Position numbers and translations under genes: made by a program. The notes under the pieces are model-generated. The model was not told where the DNA came from. It saw only the letters and a program-made list of their open reading frames with translations, and did not search any database. Of a stretch of 20,000 bases of DNA, positions 19,294 to 20,000 are shown in pieces. Source of the stretch: Chiloscyllium plagiosum (lineage: Eukaryota); the NCBI RefSeq assembly GCF_004010195.1, contig NC_057720.1:14792242-14812241 (forward strand), written 5' to 3'. Position 1 is the first letter of the stretch; each line of letters opens with the position of its first letter.

Positions 19294-20000
19294 TAGAACA
19301 TAGAACATAGAACAATACAGCACAGAACAGGCCCTTCAGCCCACGATGTTGTGCCGAACATTTATCCTAGCTTAAGCACCCATCCATGTACCTATCCAAT
19401 TGCCACTTAAAGGTCACCAATGATTCTGACTCTGCCACTCCCACAGGCAGCGCATTCCATGCCCCCACCACTCTCTGGGTAAAGAACTACCCCTGTTATC
19501 CCCCCTATACCTTCTACCCTTCACCTTAAATTTATGTCCCCTTGTAACACTCTGTTGTACCCGGGGAAAAAGTTTCTGACTGTCTACTCCCCTAATCATC
19601 TTACAAACCTCTATCAAGTCACCCCTCATCCTTCGCCGTTCCAATGAGAAAAGGCCTAGCACTCTCAACCTATCCTCGTACGATCTATTCTCCATTCCAG
19701 GCAACATCCTGGTAAATCTTCTCTGCACCCTCTCCAAAGCTTCCACATCTTTCCTAAAGTGAGGCGACCAGAACTGCACACAGCACTCCAAATGTGGCCT
19801 TACCAAGGTCCTGTACAGCTGCAACATCACCTCACGACTCTTGAATTCAATCCCTCTACTAATGAACGCTAATACACCATAGGCCTTCTTACAAGCTCTA
19901 TCCACCTGAGTGGCAACTTTCAAAGACCTATGAACACAGACCCCAAGATCCCTCTGTTCCTCCACCACACTAAGAACCCTACCGTTAACCCTATATTCCG
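19294..20000 (-). mobile_element. Relatively young CR1, ORF2 C-terminus and 3' end
   Basis: ORF 19414-19968 (QRDLGV...LYRTLVRPHLECCVQFWSP...RMRGDLIEV). (TTCTATG)n tail at 19294-19313. Confidence 0.93.

Noticed and set aside
15490..20000. Preceding KYAT3 exon (GQGFPD...NQYTRGF type), and the following exon in 1-2794
   Set aside because: No matching minus-strand translation found by eye; these exons presumably lie outside the window.

Overview
Eukaryotic genomic DNA, most likely from a shark or other elasmobranch, judging by the repeat families. The window lies inside a minus-strand gene for a PLP-dependent kynurenine/cysteine-S-conjugate aminotransferase, best matching KYAT3 (CCBL2). Five consecutive GT-AG coding exons are present (15339-15488, 14670-14756, 6826-6957, 4746-4866, 2795-2871). 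They splice in frame and include the PLP-binding SAGKTF lysine; the supplied ORF track misses all five. The introns are dominated by retroelements: many CR1 LINE copies, a Rex1-type and an L2-type 3' end, tRNA-derived SINEs and Penelope-like fragments. There is one 126-N assembly gap. Three things most deserve a second look. (1) A young CR1 has a 5' region built from identical 134-bp monomers, each holding an 80-nt GT-AG intron-like unit whose donor is paired with its own reverse complement. (2) The same CR1 has an in-phase U_UUA_AAC slippery heptamer plus a hairpin at the ORF1 stop, suggesting -1 frameshifting into ORF2. (3) Three Penelope-type minimal hammerhead ribozyme motifs lie sense to the KYAT3 pre-mRNA, each damaged at a different position. 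Family names come from remembered consensus features, not database searches.
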